The translations under genes and the position numbers were made by a program. Under the pieces are notes generated by a model. That model ran no database searches, was not told the origin of the DNA, and was given only the letters and a program-made list of their open reading frames with translations. DNA of 63,963 nucleotides, the filler included, from Trypethelium eluteriae (lineage: Eukaryota), in the NCBI GenBank assembly GCA_051942245.1. It is 3 parts of 3 records of this genome, joined end to end, with 100 filler letters (N's around TTAATTAATTAA, not from the genome) between each part and the next. Parts side by side here need not be neighbours in the genome. Positions count along the whole stretch, not along the records: positions 21,570 to 42,952 come from JAVECL010000473.1; 2 more parts are not named here. The stretch is one strand, 5' to 3'. Each line of letters opens with the position of its first letter. Position 1 is the stretch's first letter. Shown here one piece after another: positions 21,592 to 34,604 of the stretch.

Positions 21592-22670
21592 TCACATCCA
21601 CACCCACGGATCCGGCTTCAGCACCTCGAGCCCCGGCAGCTGATCATGAATCTCCTGACACAGCCGATCCAGGCCCGCGCTCGTCAGCGCGCTACCCCAC
21701 AATCCCCCACCACCAGCACCACTGGCGGCGCCACAATTCAAGACGACGCTGCTGCCGCCACCGCCGCCAACACTACCGCCGCCACCACCACCGTCGGGCT
21801 CGCCGGCATCCTCTGGCGAAGATGACGACGACGCCAACGCCACGGCTTGGTACTGATGGAGATGGGCGGCGGCGGTGGCGGCGCCGCCCCCCGGCTTCAG
21901 CAGCGTGAGGCGCACCTTGCGGACCATGGCGCGGGCGTCTGGGGAGAGGCGGCGGAAGAACTCGAGGACGGGGAGGTAGGCGGTGCCGATGAAGTGGAAG
22001 AGCTTTTCGGAGTAGACGATGCCGAGGCATTCGGCGTAGAGTTGGCGGTTTGCGCGCATGACGGCGAGCGGGTGTTTGGGTTTCTTCTTGCGAGGGTGCC
22101 GTGGGTGATGGAAGGAGGGGGAGCTGCTGCTGTTGTTGGTGGAGTGGTGGTAGCGGGTGGTGCTGCTCCGGGTGCCGGTGGAGGAAGGCAAGGCCGGTTC
22201 GCGATTGTAGTTCGGGCCGACGATGGTGGTTTCGCAGTCGGTGAAGACGCGATAGTACCGCGCGCCATTGTGGCAGGGGAGCAGATAGCGGAGGATTTGC
22301 TGGCGGATTTCGACGGGGAGGTCGAGGAGGGGAGATGGACGGGAGTCGAAGTTGCTGCTCCGGTAGCTGTTGCGGCTGGCTACGTCACGTGAGAAGATGA
22401 GCGAGCTTCGTTGATTCGAGGAACTGGTGGAGACGGAGCTTCGCTTGGTAGAAGAAATTCTGCTGGAACGTTTGAGAGTGGATTGGACGGTGAGATCGAT
22501 ACTCGGGGCCAATAGAGAAGCTGTTTCGGGTACTATCGGTACTAGAAAAATGTTAGACACGATAGATAGGTAGGAAGCGTGATCTAAGCGGCTGCAGTAC
22601 ATCTAGATCTCAAGTATTCCATATCCCTTTGCCAGACTACGGGCTTAAGAGTTGCCGTTTCGGGAATCAT
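21592..22670 (-). CDS. F-box-like/DUF7730-like hypothetical protein
   Basis: SPLLDLPVEIRQQILRYLL and LAVMRANRQLYAECLGIVYSEKLFHF motifs. Probable short 5' exon (MIPETATL...) with an intron ending tttttctag near 22542; start uncertain. Confidence 0.65.
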
Positions 22671-23441
22671 GACGCCAAGTGCCATGATGAGTGGGGGATT
22701 GATGAGCCGAGCGGAGCTATCCAGCTACGGCCTGAGAAGTTGCTACACTTTCAAACAAGGCTCGAAATTCATGCCAGCCGAGTGGATACGATTTATACTT
22801 TGTAGAATACAGAGCAAGGAAATTCTGAAGAGCTCAGCTGAGAGATGGTTGCCCTGCACGATGAGTCTAGACGATCATGAGATGACTGCCGGACGAACGG
22901 TCATGTGCTGTGTGGGCGAGGTTCGGGAAGGCTTGAGAAGCGGCCGTCAGAGTGAGAAGGCAAAAGAGAAATAAAGTCCGGAAAAGATGATGGCTAAATG
23001 AGAGACTCAGTCTCCGTAGAAAGGTATGGAAAAGGCGGCCATGGAGGCTTTTGGTACAGTCGAAGGGAAATAAGATGGACGGAGTCGCACAGGCAGCAGG
23101 GAAGTGCACGTCGGCCAGGCTGCTAGGCCTTGCTTCGAGCTGTGGAGCTGTAGGGATTTCTCGGATGAGCGACGTTGAGCAAGTGAAGACGAAACATCCA
23201 CTAATGCAGACCAGCTCCACCCCGGTACACTTTACTTTTGATGATGAAGATGGATCATCATTTCGCCGATTCGCGTCAAGCTCCAGAGTCGCGTCCGAGC
23301 CTCATGAGAATTTCTAGCCGACTTGATATTGGGAAAAATTCACCGTACTTCGCATAATCACCTCTCGAATTTCTGTCGCAGGACTTCTCTCATTCCAAAT
23401 TCCCTCATCCTGTCCCTACTGCCTGATACCGGCCGGCCAAA

Positions 23442-25268
23442 ATGTCGTTCGGAGGGCAAACTCCAACCATCCTCATACTAAAAGAAGGTCAGCAGACGCA
23501 TTTCAACGATGCATGTCTGATCAATCCTAACTGACCTATAGGCACCGACCAATCTCAGGGCAAAGGCCAGCTCGTGTCCAATATCAACGCATGTCTCGCG
23601 GTTCAGTCTACGATAAGAGGCACATTAGGCCCCTACGGTGGGGACCTTTTATTAGTCGACGAAAATGGCAAGCAAACAATTACGAACGATGGCGCGACAG
23701 TGATGAAGGTAGTTTCGAAACGAAACTCTAGCAAGATCAACACTAAGAATTCGATAGCTCTTGGACATCGTCCATCCCGCCGCACGAATACTCACAGACA
23801 TCGCTCGCTCACAGGATGCAGAAGTCGGAGATGGCACAACGTCCGTGGTCGTCCTTGCAGGCGAAATACTTAAAGAGATCAAAGAGTATGTGGAGCAAGG
23901 TGTGAGCAGCCAAACAATAATTAAAGGCCTCCGGCTCGCCTCCAACATGGCCGTCAACAAAATCAAAGAGATCGCCGTCAGCACGAGCGAATCCAACCAA
24001 CGCGAAACCCTGCGCAAGCTCGCCGCCACTGCAATGAGCAGCAAACTCATCCACCGCAACGCCTCCTTCTTCACCAAAATGGTCGTCGACGCCGTCCTCA
24101 CCCTCGACCAAGACGACCTCAACGAGCGCCTCATCGGCATCAAGAAAGTCACCGGCGGCGGCCTGCAGGACTCGCTCTTCGTCGACGGCGTCGCCTTCAA
24201 GAAGACCTTCTCCTACGCCGGCTTCGAGCAACAGCCCAAGACCTTCGCGAACCCCAAGATCGTCTGCCTCAACGTCGAGCTGGAGCTCAAGTCGGAGAAG
24301 GACAACGCCGAGGTGCGCGTCGAGCACGTCGCCGACTACCAGGCCATCGTCGACGCCGAGTGGCAGATCATCTTCGCCAAGATGGAGGCGCTGTATCACA
24401 CCGGCGCCAAGGTCGTGCTGTCGAAGCTGCCCATCGGCGACCTCGCGACTCAGTACTTCGCCGACCGCGATATCTTCTGCGCCGGCCGCGTCGCTGCCGC
24501 CGATCTCGATCGCGTCGTGCTTGCCACCGGCGCCGCTATCCAGAGCACCTGCTCCGACATCGCGCCGCAGCATCTGGGCACGTGCGAGCGCTTCGAGGAG
24601 CGCCAGGTCGGAGACCAGCGCTTCAACTTCTTTAGCGGGTGTCCTGCGGCGAAGACGTGCACGTTGGTGCTGCGGGGTGGCGCGGAGCAATTTATTGCTG
24701 AGGTGGAGCGGAGTCTGCACGATGCGATCATGGTGGTGAAGCGGGCGCTGAAGAATAAGACGATTGTGGCGGGAGGGGGCGCCTGTGAGATGGAGGTCAG
24801 CAAGTATTTGCACCAGTATGCAGATAAGAATATTCCGCATAAGCAGCAGGGGATTATCAAGAGCTTTGCAAAGGCATTGGAGATTGTGCCGAGACAGTTA
24901 TGTGATAACGCGGGCTTCGATGCGACGGATATTCTAAACCGGTTGAGGGTAGAGCATCGGAGAGGAAATGTGTGGGCGGGTGTCGACTTTGTGAACGAAG
25001 GCGTAAGGGATAATTTGGAGGCGTTTGTCTGGGAACCCGCGCTTGTAAAGGTCAATGCCATTCAAGCGGCGGTGGAGGCGGCTTGTTTGATTTTAAGCGT
25101 CGACGAGACGATAAGTAAGTTCTTGAGCATGGGGCCTTGAAAGCATTCACTAATGGTTGCACAGAAAGCGAAGAGTCACAGCAACCACAAGGTCCACAGA
25201 GAGGTCTTCCACCCGGAGCAGCGAACAGAGTGCTGAGAGGGCGAGGACGTGGCATGCCACGGCGGTGA
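23442..25268 (+). CDS. CCT7: T-complex protein 1 subunit eta (CCT chaperonin)
   Basis: [67 protein letters not shown]-terminal [10 protein letters not shown]. Introns 23488-23541, 23709-23757, 25115-25164. Confidence 0.96.
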
Positions 25269-25653
25269 CGCCTCTCTTAAGGTGTGCTATTCCGGCACTA
25301 GCTGCAACATGTATAGATAGAGCACGAATACACAAGCTTCGCGGACCATTACGAGGAATGTGTGACCTAATTCTCATTTCCTACCTCATGCAACTATCTT
25401 CGGGATTGTCACCGCACGATTAGCACAAGATCCAACCTGAGCCCAGTCCAGGTGGTAATCAGGTATCTATGGAAAACAAAGGACAAAGCAGCATCCACCC
25501 TCCCTTGATAGCCAGGAAGACGCCATTTCCATGAACTCACGAGTAAGCCTTGCCCTACGCCACAACTATGCTTTCCACTCCGTTCTGCGCCGACCTCAGT
25601 TCCATTGTATGTCATTTACCTCATCTCTTTGTCACCGATGATGTCCCTTCTGT

Positions 25654-28600
25654 CTACCCGAACATTGCGCGCACGGTTGCCTGGGCTTCTTGAGGCAGCT
25701 GGCTGAGCAGAGCGTTGGCGTCAAGCTGCGCGATCTGAACGAGGTTCTTGCCTGCCTGAACAATGCGCGAGGCAGTTTGGCCCTGCAAGGTCTCGGCGTC
25801 GAGAGCGAGGCATATATCGGTGAAGCATTTGGCTCCTTTCCTGAGTACGGCCGGGTTTTGTCTAATGAATAGTTAGTCCCACGCTCGCTCCCTGGCCGAT
25901 TAATTCAGTAGAGAGAGGAGACCACTCACTGATCGATCAAGGTCGCCAGAAAGCTATAAGCATACGGCGCCGCCTCTTCGTCGTTCACCACCGGGAGCGT
26001 CTCCACCCACGCCTCCACAACTTGCCCGACATCACCTACCTTGCTCGCATTGTAGTGTAGAATCTTCGCAATACTCGCACACGCATTCTCGGTCGCAAAC
26101 ACATCATCGTCCTTCCTCGCCCCAGCGCGTTGCACCACTTGAAACAACTCCGGCACCGCCGCGGCCACAAATTCGCTCCAGGCCTCACCCCCTTTCTGCG
26201 CAACGACCCCCACTCCGTAGGTTGCAGCTTGGCGATTAGCAGGAACATCGTCGCGAATACCGTCGATAAGCGGCTGGATGATGTGAGCGGAATAGTTCGA
26301 GCTCTGCGGGCCGCAGAACTCCAGTACATCGTCCATGATGCAGAGAGCCCACTGTCGTTGAGTTGGGTCTGCGTCATGAATGAAGGCGTCGTAAAAAGGC
26401 ATAAGGCGCTCCCAGTGGGGAAGGAAAGAGATACCTTGGTTTTTGAAGACGGTATGGAAGGCCTTGTTCATGTCACTGAGGAGCGACTGATCGTCCTCGA
26501 TGGCGAAGACCACCTCATCGGACTCCTCTTCACCGTCTTGGGCGCGGTCAGCAGCCTCCTCCGCACGGTCTTTGACACGCTGTTGATAATCTTCGAGGAC
26601 GCTCTTGGCGGCCTCAATAAAGTTGCCCATCTGCTGCGCCGACAGGCTGTTCTTGCCAACGACCTCAACAGATTCGTAAAAGCACTGATACATTTCGGCA
26701 AGGGTCTCGATGGCAGGCTCAGTACTGAGGACCTCGAGGACTTTCTCAATGGTTTCAGCCCACAGGGCGGCGAACTGTGGTGACTGGACGCCGTGGGCGG
26801 TTTTGTGGGCGCTGAGGAGCTGAGGCACCGCTTTTGCCGAGGCGACGCGCACGGGATCGTGGAAAAAGAAGCCCAGTCCGGGTAGAGCAATCCTGTGCAT
26901 GATATCATTGACGTAAGGTTCGAACCCGGCTTGGAGTGTTTGAGCATAGATGACGATAAGCTCGATAGCCATGTGCTTGTCATCCAGGGTACTGGTCTTG
27001 ATGCCAATTACTTTTCCTTTGAGGGGGACGAGTTCCCAGCCTTCCTCACTTTCGATTTGCGCGACTTGGTCCTCGTCATCCAGAAGCTGGATGTCAGCCT
27101 TGGCTCCAGCAAGTTCCATCAAAGGCGGAATGACATGGGGAAGGTATGGCAAGAAGTCGGAGTTGAGGACTCGACACATTCTACCCCAGCAGTGTAGGAG
27201 GTACGAGGATTGAGGATCATCCGCATCCGTGATGTGCTGCTGGATTTGGCCCAACAGTTGGACAAGAGCGAGGGCATCTTGTCCCATACGTTTCTTCCCA
27301 ACAGCGAGTGCGATCAACGTAGCGCATTCCATGGCCTTTGCGCGCAGGAGTCGATATTCTTTCGATTGTTCTTCCTTAAGAACGTTGAAGAGTAGCGGCA
27401 TGAGGGTACTGTAGTAATTAGAGAAAGCCTCTTCGGCAGAATCCGCGACGGTCGCAATGGTTGAAAGGGCCTGTTCTTGGACAAATCGCTTCGGTGACTT
27501 TAGCAAGTTCAGCAGGTTTTCAAGTAGCGTATCAAGATATGGAGTCAAGATTTCTTTTTCTGCTTCCTCACAGAAGTTGACCAGCGCCGCAGCTGCATGG
27601 GATTGCACGCGTGGCTCTGCTGAATTCAACACCGGGATAATGTTCGGGAGTACGATTTGGTGGTATTTCGTCTGCATCGTACCTGCAAAGTCGGTGCTCA
27701 TCTGACCTAGAGCGTTGCACCCGGCCCAGCGCACCCTGGGATGGAGGTCTCTGAGAGCTGGTACCACAAGATCTAGGACTTTGTCAAGTTCGCCCTCCAT
27801 GAGCTCCCTGCAGCCCTCTGATATGGCAGAAATAGCCATGAGAGCTGCGTGTCGGTCACGCCATGCTGAAGAAGTCATCATTCGCGGTAACCAGCCGAAA
27901 GTAGGCATGAGAAGGGCTTGACCGCCGAGCTTGTTGGCTAATCGGTCCATGCATTGCTCTCCGGCCACGTGGTTCATGTCGCTTTCATCTAGATCAAGCT
28001 ATAATACCGTCAGCACCTCTTGTTTCCGTTTTCGAATTCCTTTGGGACTCACATCTTCAGACGCATTCCACTCTTCTGCATCATCGTCATCAATGCCAAC
28101 GTCGGTCATTAGAGACAGACACTGCGTAACCATTGATTCGGTGTACGAGGGGTCCTTTCTGCACATCTGAGGAGCGTGGTCTGCAAATGTAGCCATCAAC
28201 TCTAGCGCATTCTGCCGCGTTGAGTCCTCCAAATCCTTGTCTTGAATTACCTGTATGCTGAATTGAACAAGGTCGTGAAACTGGTTTTTGAACATCTTCG
28301 GCGCTGTCTCTGCAAGCTCTATTAAAGCAATTAGTCCTTTCGTAAGTTGGTCGGAGTCATTCGATTCTTTGAGGGGTGGCAGTGTATTGAGGATCTCCGG
28401 TATCAAGGGATAATATTTTTGCTGTGCTTTCTTGGTTATGGAGCGGAAAAAAGAAGAGAACGCGGCTACTGCAGCGAGTCGCACCTGGAGCTAGTTAGCA
28501 AACTTCAAGTCTGGGCTGGATGCACCTTACTGGAGCCTCGGGATCTTTGAATCCTTTTATGAACGCTTCTAAAACGGCACCTTCATGCTGCTTTTCAATG

Positions 28601-29240
28601 ATGCCAGGAGTCGTCTCGAAAATACGGAAGGCCGTCTCTCGCTGGCTGGGATCGGCGGATTGGCTCGCGTGGAAGAGTGCCCCGAGAACTTCAGGCCACT
28701 GTTCTTTACCTGACACAAGGAACATATTAGTGACAGTCCATACATGCATCTCCTAAAGTAACATACCATCATCTGTATACTGTCTTGCAACTTCTGCGAC
28801 TGCGTCGCCAATTTTGTTTCGCACGGTTGTGTTGTTCTCCCCAGAGAGTGCCTGCAGAAGCTTCGCTTGCGTCGCGTGTCGTGGATCTTGCTGTAATGTA
28901 GTAAAGAGCTCTTTCGATTCGCCCGTGCCTGGATCCTTTCGGGTTCTCATAGCTATACGTCGGAAAAGCACTGCAGCATATGATCTCAACTTTAACAGTA
29001 AGTCGGTCAGCGAGAAACTTGTGGCGTGAAATATTTAGATTGAAGCGAGAGACCTACCCCAGCGTCGTCTGAACCTTGTATTTGCTCCACCAAGCCCATC
29101 ATTAGGACCTCTGGTCGCGACGAGACCCATCCTGTAGTGAGTTCGTCCTCAGCCTGAGTTCGTATAACATTGTCGGCGGATTGCAGAGCTTGGAGCAGTT
29201 GGGCTAGAGCGGCATGCACATCTGGTGGTAGCACCGACAT
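25654..29240 (-). CDS. PSE1: Importin beta-3 / karyopherin Pse1 (Kap121, importin-5 family)
   Basis: MSVLPPDVHAAL start; HPRVRWAGCNALGQMSTDF, PRVQSHAAAALVNFCE, LLRAKAMECATLIALAVG, ATENACASIAKI. About five introns; last exon ends at TAG 25654. Confidence 0.93.
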
Positions 29241-29811
29241 TGTGGACTCGAGGGTATTAGCTTGTTCTAACAAGGGATCGATGAATGAGAGAAGCGGGTG
29301 AAGATCAAACGGCCGCAGCGAGAAAGTCAAGACCGGCGCCGGTGGATGTCTGGTTGTAATTCACTGCGCGAGTTCCGTGTGTGCGCACAATTCCGGGCTT
29401 CTTGCATGAAGCCAGGCGGGTGGTGCGAGGTCCTTCACGGCGTCGAAGTTGGCCAAAGATTTATTTTGGTGGGGTGTTTGTTGGCATCGCACAAGAAAAT
29501 CGCCAGACGCGCGCCGCGTCCAGTGACAGCTAAAAAAAACACTAGGGGCAGCCTACAAGGCGCGGCTCTCAGGCACCCGTTTTCGTCACAGTACCTCAGA
29601 TCTTGCTGCGTCATCCTAACTGAGGCTTTGCCGTTCTTACAAACCTACCTATGTCTAGCAACTAGCAATTCGCATGGTATACGCAACGTAAGGCGACTGA
29701 AAATTGTATTTTGCTCCAGCTAGAAGACTACAATGCATAATGATTGCAACCAGAAACTCACACCAAAGGATATCATTAACTCGAAATCATACTGTAGGAC
29801 TCCATTATGCA

Positions 29812-31934
29812 TCATCGACTGCTGGATCGACTTAGCACAAATACCCCAACAATGACCACAGCAAGTGTTACAATAGCTCCGGGAAGCAAAAGCTCGTTCG
29901 ATACACCCTGAATGAGTTGCTCATCCTGCTTCGGCTGGGAGCCAGCTCGTCTTTCCCGTCTCCGCCGCTCAATCTCTTCGTCCTCGGAATCGTCACCATC
30001 CACTTGCCTTCTTCTTTCTCGAAGCGTCGGCTGTGTCTCGACTGGTGGTGGTAATTGCGGTGCTGGATCCACGGTCGCTGTATGTGGAGGCTGCGCCGGA
30101 TCATGGACGAAAAGATCCACCTTCTCCCGGTTACCTGAGCGAGCCATGCTGATAGCTTCGAGCAAATCAAGATCGGTCGTAATGGATACAGTGTCACCTT
30201 CATTGTCCATGTAGCTTAACGCGAATCCCGTCTGGCTGAGCTTGCCCTCCTCAAACGTTGGCACCCCGCCAACGGTTTCGGACTCATGCCCGAGCTTCTC
30301 CGCGACTGTAGATATGAGCTGTTCAAGACCCGCAGACGCAGTGACTTGTAGGCGATGAACACGGCCGCCGGGCGATTTGAACTTGAAAGGAAAGGGGGTG
30401 TCTTCAATAGGCGCAGGAGTAGCACCCGCGGCAGCAGACAACTCAAGTTCTGGAGAGTCAGCGCCTGTATGAGATGCAGAATCTGTAGGAAGTACGCTAT
30501 CTCCCCGATCCAGCATGCCAGGGCGCTGAATATCTGGAGACATGAAAGACCGCGCATCTGGAGTATGGGTTGCATGGCTGCGGCTGTGGTCGCCAGAGAC
30601 CATGGAGTCACTCTCGTTATCTAATGATAACCAAAACTTATTCCAGGCAGGGCCCTCACTGTCACCTGTTGACATCGTGTTGATCTACGCACAATCATTA
30701 GCTCACTTCGTCACAGCTCAACTTGAAACATCGTACCTGGTCAAGGGTTGCATAGGTGAGCTTTAAAACGTCAACCATTCCTACAATCTCGCCCTCAGAG
30801 CTCATGACTGGCAGGTTGAGATAGTGGCCATCATGCATCTTCCGCAATGCAGCTTGAATGCTCATATCCATTGGAGCAAAATCCGGGTGAGGGGTCATGA
30901 CGCGAACAACGCTGCAGTTGGCAGGGTCTAGCCCAGCAGCAATGACACGTAGAACAACGTCTTTACTGGTAAAGATGCCGGTAATTGAGCCCTGATCCTG
31001 GACCAAGACAGCTGTAGTGTGATTCTCCTTCATGAGCTGAGCGGCTTCCTTTACTGAAGTGCGGACGGACACAGTCGTAGGGGGCAATCCATTGAGGACA
31101 GACTCAAGCGTGGGTCCGGACATCCTAGTCCTGACTGCCTCGACATATTGTATGATTTGCTGGGGCTGACTGGAACCCAATTCAGCCTGCACGCCCTCAA
31201 GTGCATCGTAAAGCTTCTTCGAGGAGCTGTACGCCCTTTCAAGCTTCTCCATAGCGTCATAGAAACATTTTGTAATGTCAAGGATACCAGAGATATCGTG
31301 GTTTTCGTCCATAACCGGTAAATGTCTGAACCCTTTTCTCACCATCAGATCTAGAGCATCTGTCGCACTTGTATCTGTCTTGGCACAAAGAGGATTCTTG
31401 GTCATAATCTCAGAAATCGTTATATCGCGAGCCTTAACCCCAGCTCCAACCACACGGAAGGCGAGGTCTTTCGCAGTAAAGATACCTGCAATCCTCTCAT
31501 CGTCATCCGTGACAAGGACGCAATCCTCGCGCTTAGCAGCCATCAATTGAGCAGCTTCGGCAACGGTAGTGTCGGGCTTGATCTGGAGAGCCTGACTGGG
31601 CTTGAGAGCAAGGACGGTGCCAGGAGGTGCTTTTCGCGTATGTCTGGCACGTGCAGTCGTGTGTTTCTTCTTGTTCAGATCCGTTTCGATTTTACGCCGA
31701 ATAGCCTTCCCTATAAGTCAGTATAGTAGCCAAGCGACCATTTTACCAACCAGAGCTGACCTCATCTCGTTTCGATTGTTTCTGTCTGCTTGCACTTATT
31801 CCAGAGCCGGCATCGCTCAGAGTCGAGCTTTGATGCGTTTCTAAAGCTGGACGGGGTATATTTGACGGACTATTCGCGAAGGGCTGTTGTCCTCGACCTT
31901 TGGGCGTACCCCGGAGAGTCCCGGTGGCAGACAT
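29812..31934 (-). CDS. CBS-pair + PB1 domain protein with C-terminal TM helix (Mug70-like)
   Basis: Four CBS motifs (GIFTAKDLAFRV, FRHLPVMD, GIFTSKDVVLRV, YLNLPVM); PB1 region FKFKSPGGRVHR...LSYMDNEGDTVSIT; TM LLLPGAIVTLAVVIVGVFVL; two introns. Confidence 0.9.
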
Positions 31935-32485
31935 TATAATTAGGTTGCAATCTGTTGGCGAAAGGACTTGACTGGTTCTCCACAGCGATCTGTCTTGGGT
32001 GATGGGGATGAGGAATTTAAGGAGGGTGAGAAGGAAGTGAGCCTAGAGCGGGTCGCGGGAAATCACGTCTGATATCGGCTGTTGCCCAGGTATCAGGACT
32101 GGTTTTCCTTGAATTGAGACAAAGGTACCAAATGACAGCACTTCTCAAGGCAGATTGAATGTGAGGTCCCTGGTGGCGACGTACGATTTCTAAGGATGTC
32201 AAAGCCTCATGATGAGAACTTTCCTCAATGTTTAGAGCGGTGATCGAAGGGAAGTTTGTTTTGATCTAATCGGGCCGCGCTGCAAGGGTCAGAAGAAGCA
32301 CGTGAAGATACACGCCGCGGATAAACCTGACTCCGATCACCGAGCGCACCTGTAATATTTGCGGCATACGGAGTACTCTGTACAGCAGCGGCAGACCGCA
32401 CCGACAGGAAGATACAGATATCGATCATACTTCTCGAGAGCTATACTCCGTCTCATATTAGATACGGAATATACAGCTGTACAAC

Positions 32486-33047
32486 ATGGTCAAGAAAAGG
32501 GCGTCCAAGTACCGCGTTTCCTCCCTCCGTTCATGTCAACGCACAGGATATTGACCTCACTGCAGCGGTCGAAACAAGAAGGGCAGAGGGCACGTCAAGC
32601 CCATCCGCTGCTCAAACTGCTCAAGATGCACACCCAAAGACAAAGCTATCAAGAGATTCACCATAAGGAACATGGTCGAATCTGCAGCCATCCGTAGGTT
32701 TCCCATCATCTATCGACCTTTTCCGGCGAGCCCGGTTGCGGATGCAGAGTACTCATATGTCTCTCAGGTGATATTTCTGATGCGTCCGTCTTTCCCGAAT
32801 ACACGGTGCCGAAAATGTACCTCAAGCTCCAGTACTGCGTGTCCTGTGCGATTCACGGCAAGATCGTTCGGTGGGTTTCCTAGATTCCCTCTCTAAAGAG
32901 CTGAAACGACTAACAAATAAAAGTGTGAGATCGAGGGAAGGGAGGCGTAATCGTGCACCTCCTCCACGCGTTAGGTACAACAAAGATGGCAAGAAAGTCA
33001 ATCCGCAGCAGGCAGCCAGGGCGCCTGCTGCCGGCGCAGGGCAGTGA
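32486..33047 (+). CDS. RPS26: 40S ribosomal protein S26 (eS26)
   Basis: Spliced: [59 protein letters not shown]...[28 protein letters not shown]. Introns 32509-32565, 32695-32767, 32871-32923. Confidence 0.97.
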
Positions 33048-33338
33048 GAGGAAAGGGATATGACGGCAAATCGAGAAGCACGATGTGGATAACAGCATCG
33101 GGTCCATTTATCGGGCATTGAAATGGCAGTGTCATCAGGAAGGCGCACAAGTTCGGGTCATGGGATAACCTCTGTAATCTGTACGCTCGCAGAGATAGTA
33201 CAGAGCAATGGAGCTCAAATTCGAGCTGTATCAAATTTCCGTCAACGTGACCAGCGTGCCGTGCTTAAATCCACTGATTTCCCGTGAAGAATCCGAAGCA
33301 TGCTCGTCTAAAATAATACAAAACACAATCATGACTTG

Positions 33339-34162
33339 TCAGTCGTCACGCTTTTTCCCATTCGCCAACTCCGTGTCCACTGAAGTGCTGGGTGTGGTTT
33401 TTCCGTCACCTTCAGCACTCTCTGTGCCTGTAGTTTGATCCTCTTCTTCCCAATTATCAGCATCATTGTCCCAATTGTCATCCGCTGTCGCAGCAGCAGT
33501 GGTAGGCTCCTCGGCGACTCCTGTTTCTTGCGGTCCAATGCCTTCACCAAGCTCTAGATCGGCTTCGGCGCCTTCTTCGCCTGGTACCGCATCGTATTTG
33601 GCTTGGCGTTTTCTTTCAAGCATGCGTTTGTGATACAGAGTTGATAGGCCAACTGCAGCAAGGGAGCCTGTTACATTTGCGATGATGTCGTAGAGATCGA
33701 ATTCGCGTCCATTCTGTGAATCGTTAAATTCAGGCTTGAGTAGATCTTAAGATAGATGACCCAATGGCGTACAGGAAGAAAACCTTGAAGCACTTCTGAA
33801 CCAATACCTAGAAACGCCGTGCATACCAACAGAGTGAATTGTAATTGTCGTCTTCTATTCGTTTCCAATATCCAGTAGAAAGATGTCTTCAGCAATTAAC
33901 TGCTGTCCGTATGGTTGACGCGGGAGGTTACATACCGTGATTACGGAGAAAGTGAGGAAATGCAGTACTTTATCGCTTTGGTAGCGTTGGGGAATTTGCA
34001 CCTGTTGCGCAGGTGCAAGACCCAGATACGCGGCGGCGAGACATGTTACCACAAAAGTTCCTATGGTTCTGTAAGCATACTATCCATACGTCTGGGTTGT
34101 TTCCTGGAACCAAGAGTTAGAAACAGAGGTAACATACCAGCGAAAGCTTTCCGGATGCGCAT
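33339..34162 (-). CDS. VanZ-like membrane protein
   Basis: Four exons: MRIRKAFAG.., SDKVLHFLTF, LGIGSEVLQGFLP, NGREFDLYDIIAN, with an acidic tail. Confidence 0.85.
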
Positions 34163-34325
34163 GCCGAGACTACCTCATGCCAAACTCGACCAAATGCCTC
34201 TGAAGCATATAGAAGAACTGCGACAGCAATTGATAAGACCTTGGAGAATTGGAGCGTTGTGTTGGTGTGAGTTGGAGAAGCACCTGCTTTGCCTTGCTTG
34301 GGTATGCTTCAGCTAGCAAAGGGGC

Positions 34326-34333
34326 CACGTGAC
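34326..34333. promoter_or_regulatory. CACGTGAC (GTCACGTG) E-box, Cbf1/bHLH-type site in the divergent VanZ-like/SPT7 promoter
   Basis: Exact 8-mer in the approximately 440-bp divergent intergenic region; function untested. Confidence 0.3.
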
Positions 34334-34604
34334 TGTAGCCACCGCTACGCCGAACCTTGGCCGACTTACCTCGACCTCGCGGAAGATTTGTGAGGGTACG
34401 CACGTCATAACCAGCATCGCGTAACTGCCTTCAACCATCAATTTCTATCAAACAAACTTGCTCACTGTATTTTGTGCGCGCTACGGATTCGATGAATGTA
34501 AATTTCTTCCACCGGCGCACGTTGTACGAAGCTCTGGAGACTGGGGTCGCTCAACGTCCTTCATCGCTCGCGAGGGGCGCTTTCCCGCCGCCAACTCGGT
34601 CCTC

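Noticed and set aside
23809..24840. 343-aa minus-strand ORF (and similar ORFs opposite the importin and 21592 genes)
   Set aside because: Antisense ORFs caused by strong GC3 codon bias of the real genes.
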